Origin: Patescibacteria group bacterium
GTDB taxonomy: Bacteria; Patescibacteriota; Patescibacteriia; Patescibacteriales; UBA12465
Length of the DNA stretch: 64,000 nucleotides
NCBI GenBank assembly: GCA_041664445.1
Contig: JBAYKT010000005.1
Span: 7,438 to 71,437 of the forward strand
Reading direction: 5' to 3'
Of the stretch, positions 61,840 through 64,000 are shown piece by piece. Both the position numbers and the translations under genes were made by a program. The notes under the pieces are model-generated. The model had not been told where the DNA came from. It saw nothing but the letters and a program-made list of their open reading frames with translations, and made no database searches. Within the stretch, counting starts at the first letter, position 1; every line of letters begins with the position of its first letter.

Positions 61840-62793
61840 ATGAAAAAAAATTCAATTCCGCTAAGCGTTAAACCGGAAAAAAGAGCGGAATATTTAAAAA
61901 ACTTCTCGCTATTTACAAAAAATACCGGCAACTTGTTTCTCATCGCCGGCGATCAAAAACTAGAACACCTAAATGGCGATTTTTTTGGCCCGGGAATTAG
62001 TCCTGAAGATAACGATCCGGAACATTTTTTCAAGATTGCAGCTGCCTCGAGTGGCGGCGTTTTGGCCATGCATTTAGGGCTGATTGCTCAATATGCCGCT
62101 AACTACCGCCAACTACCCTACATTATCAAGCTAAACGGCAAAACCAATTTAGGTCCAAATGAAGAAAAGGATTCTAGTCTGCCTTTATGGAGCGTAGCGG
62201 AAATTGTTAATTTTAAAAAACAAAGCGGCTTAAAAATTGGCGGCGTCGGTTACACCCTTTATCTGGGCGGAAAATATGAAGCGCAAATGCTCGCTCAAGC
62301 CGCTAAAATAATTTTTGAAGCTCATCAAGCTGGTTTGCTGGCAATTCTTTGGGTTTATCCCCGCGGCAAAAATGTTAAAGAAGAAGATATTCATACGATT
62401 GCCGGTGGTGCCGGTGTCGCCGCTTGTTTAGACGCGGATTTTGTTAAAATAAAATATCCCTACGAAGCCAAAGATAAAAAACTGGCAGCCCTTAAATTTC
62501 AAGAAGCTACAACGGCCGCGGGACGAACCAAGGTTATTTGTGTCGGCGGCAGTAAGCAACCGGCCAAGGAAATTTTGGCTTTCTTAAAATTACAATTAGA
62601 AATCGGAAAAAGTTCCGGCCTAGCAATCGGTCGCAATCTTCATCAACGCCCGCTAGCAGAGGCCACTCGTCTAGCACAAGCTATTAGCGCGCTAATTCAT
62701 AAAGGTGCGACTTTGAAAGAAGCGGAAAATATTTATTTAGATAAAAAAATAAATGTTAAAAAAAGCAACGGTAAATTTCTGGGTTTATTCTAA
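61840..62793 (+). CDS. class I fructose-bisphosphate aldolase, DhnA/FbaB (archaeal-type) family
   Basis: 317 aa. DeoC/LacD-like TIM barrel pattern with DADFVKIKYP (Schiff-base Lys context). Confidence 0.55.
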   Translation: MKKNSIPLSVKPEKRAEYLKNFSLFTKNTGNLFLIAGDQKLEHLNGDFFGPGISPEDNDPEHFFKIAAASSGGVLAMHLGLIAQYAANYRQLPYIIKLNGKTNLGPNEEKDSSLPLWSVAEIVNFKKQSGLKIGGVGYTLYLGGKYEAQMLAQAAKIIFEAHQAGLLAILWVYPRGKNVKEEDIHTIAGGAGVAACLDADFVKIKYPYEAKDKKLAALKFQEATTAAGRTKVICVGGSKQPAKEILAFLKLQLEIGKSSGLAIGRNLHQRPLAEATRLAQAISALIHKGATLKEAENIYLDKKINVKKSNGKFLGLF

Positions 62794-62815
62794 ACATTAA
62801 GCTTATTTTAATTAA

Positions 62816-62845
62816 ACTAAAAAACGTCCCGAAGGACGTTTTTTA
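62816..62845. terminator. bidirectional terminator
   Basis: CGTCC-CGAA-GGACG between A- and T-runs. Confidence 0.75.
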
Positions 62846-62862
62846 TTATAGAAATTTATTTT

Positions 62863-63957
62863 TTACTTGGCGATTTTCACTTCGATTCTATCGACTAAAT
62901 GAGGAGCTTTTTTAATAAAGGTTGGGAAAAACTTTAATTCATAATTCCCAATTTCCGGATAATCGCTCAGATAAGTAGCTATTTGCGAAGAATTAAGATT
63001 AACTAATTTTTCTCGGTCAATGATATCGGCATTACTTTTAAGAATCATTAATCCGGAAAAAGAGGCTTTAACGGCTGCTGTTTTGGTGTCGGTGTCATAA
63101 CTTTCTAAAGTATAAGACAGACTCTCCGCTTTGAATTCCGACAATTCCTTATCATCAGGAACCAATAAATTTAACTTAGCGGCCGCTAATTTTTCGGCGT
63201 CTTGTTTAGGAAATACGACCACGGCCACCCTAGCTTTGATGGTTAGCGTAAATTGATTAACTTTATCGCCAGCCTGGGCGTCAGTTTTTGCCTCAGCCGA
63301 ATCTAGTATTTCATATAGAACAACGCTATCAGTCGGAAAATTTTGCCCCTCCTTAACCTTGGCCATAATCAAAGTATCAACCTCGCGCAGGGCTAATTGC
63401 AAATCGGAAGCCTTAACATATTTTTCCGAACTGGTTTGATAAGAAAAAGGCTCAGCGCTATCGGCATAAATTTTGTCTTGCAATCCGGCCCAAAGCCCAG
63501 GAATCGTGAAGTGGGCGGAACTAACCGCCATTTCTGGAGAAACTTTATCGGCATAAACCTCGGCTTCAATCTTCCCGCCGGCCGGTATGGTCACGGCCGA
63601 CTTAAGTCTAAAGAGTTTATTGTCGCTAGACAGCAACCTAGTCGTCGCCACTAGCGGTTGATCTTTAACATAATTATTAACCAAGGTAACTTTACCGGTA
63701 ACTTCCTGGCCGAGAGCGTCTTCGCCACTAGCCGGATAAACCTTGGAGATTTCTATCGGATATTCATTAACCGCGCCACTGACCTTTTCCCGAGCATCAT
63801 CCGTTGAAGTCGCGGAGCTATCACCGCCAACTCGTAAGAATAAAGTGTCACTAATAGCTTCTACTTGCGGAGTTACCAAAACTGTTAATTTAGAAAAAGA
63901 AAAATAAAAAACTAAAACTGCTAAAATACCAACCAGTAATAAAAATTTTAAAACCAA
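62863..63957 (-). CDS. hypothetical membrane-anchored protein (TTG start, N-terminus uncertain)
   Basis: 364 aa, N-terminal TM, beta-rich body, no recognised motif. Confidence 0.4.
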   Translation of the reverse strand: MVLKFLLLVGILAVLVFYFSFSKLTVLVTPQVEAISDTLFLRVGGDSSATSTDDAREKVSGAVNEYPIEISKVYPASGEDALGQEVTGKVTLVNNYVKDQPLVATTRLLSSDNKLFRLKSAVTIPAGGKIEAEVYADKVSPEMAVSSAHFTIPGLWAGLQDKIYADSAEPFSYQTSSEKYVKASDLQLALREVDTLIMAKVKEGQNFPTDSVVLYEILDSAEAKTDAQAGDKVNQFTLTIKARVAVVVFPKQDAEKLAAAKLNLLVPDDKELSEFKAESLSYTLESYDTDTKTAAVKASFSGLMILKSNADIIDREKLVNLNSSQIATYLSDYPEIGNYELKFFPTFIKKAPHLVDRIEVKIAK

Positions 63958-64000
63958 GCGACTATATAAGCTAATTCTTTTCTTGGGCGAAACTTGTTTT

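Noticed and set aside
1-64000. Looked for CRISPR arrays, rRNA genes, transposases, integrases, reverse transcriptases / DGR template-variable repeat pairs, and prophage structural genes
   Set aside because: None found. The only regular repeats are the terminator and intergenic modules reported above and the intragenic protein repeats.

Overview
AT-rich, tightly packed bacterial chromosome segment. It holds about 62 protein genes, mostly on the minus strand, and 3 tRNAs. I found no rRNA, CRISPR array, transposase or integrase. TGA is used as a stop codon, so the standard bacterial code applies.

The gene content looks like a small-genome Patescibacteria/CPR-like organism, but that is inference, not a search result. 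Supporting features are several giant secreted surface proteins, a type IV pilin, TSP3-type Ca-binding repeats, domain-trimmed housekeeping enzymes and an archaeal-type class I aldolase.

Recognisable core genes:
- Translation: rplL-rplJ, lysS, rpmE, prfA-prmC, L25.
- DNA repair: uvrC, uvrA, uvrB, lexA, and a T4 DenV-like pyrimidine-dimer glycosylase.
- Other housekeeping: gpsA, HU, ferritin, greA, a SEDS (FtsW/RodA) protein.
- An envelope-glycan cluster: Wzx flippase, GT4, GT2, DUF192, O-antigen-ligase-like.
- An ECF sigma/anti-sigma pair, and a histidine kinase / CheY-like regulator / pilin operon.

Observations most worth a second look:
1. The uvrB-uvrA operon is split by a tightly coupled four-gene insertion. 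Two exported HExxGH paralogues bracket a CYTH enzyme, followed by a Nudix hydrolase.
2. All three Uvr proteins are domain-trimmed. UvrB and UvrC have both lost their mutually interacting UVR domains.
3. A consensus promoter and a terminator define a ~270-nt structured antisense RNA candidate in the uvrA-uvrC spacer.
4. Downstream of tRNA-Gln, three AT-rich orphan-gene cassettes are each preceded by a repeated terminator module, and two of them also by a consensus promoter. A 68-bp duplicate carries the tRNA 3' end.
5. A 472-bp GC-enriched, hairpin-dense spacer lies upstream of a 1171-aa surface-layer-like gene.
6. A HigBA-like toxin-antitoxin cassette is bracketed by identical 33-bp terminator hairpins.
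7. Three tandem HAD paralogues, two of which have lost the catalytic aspartates.

CDS coordinates follow the ORF track, with some starts trimmed. Coordinates of small motifs were indexed by hand and may be off by 1-2 nt. No database searches or folding computations were possible.
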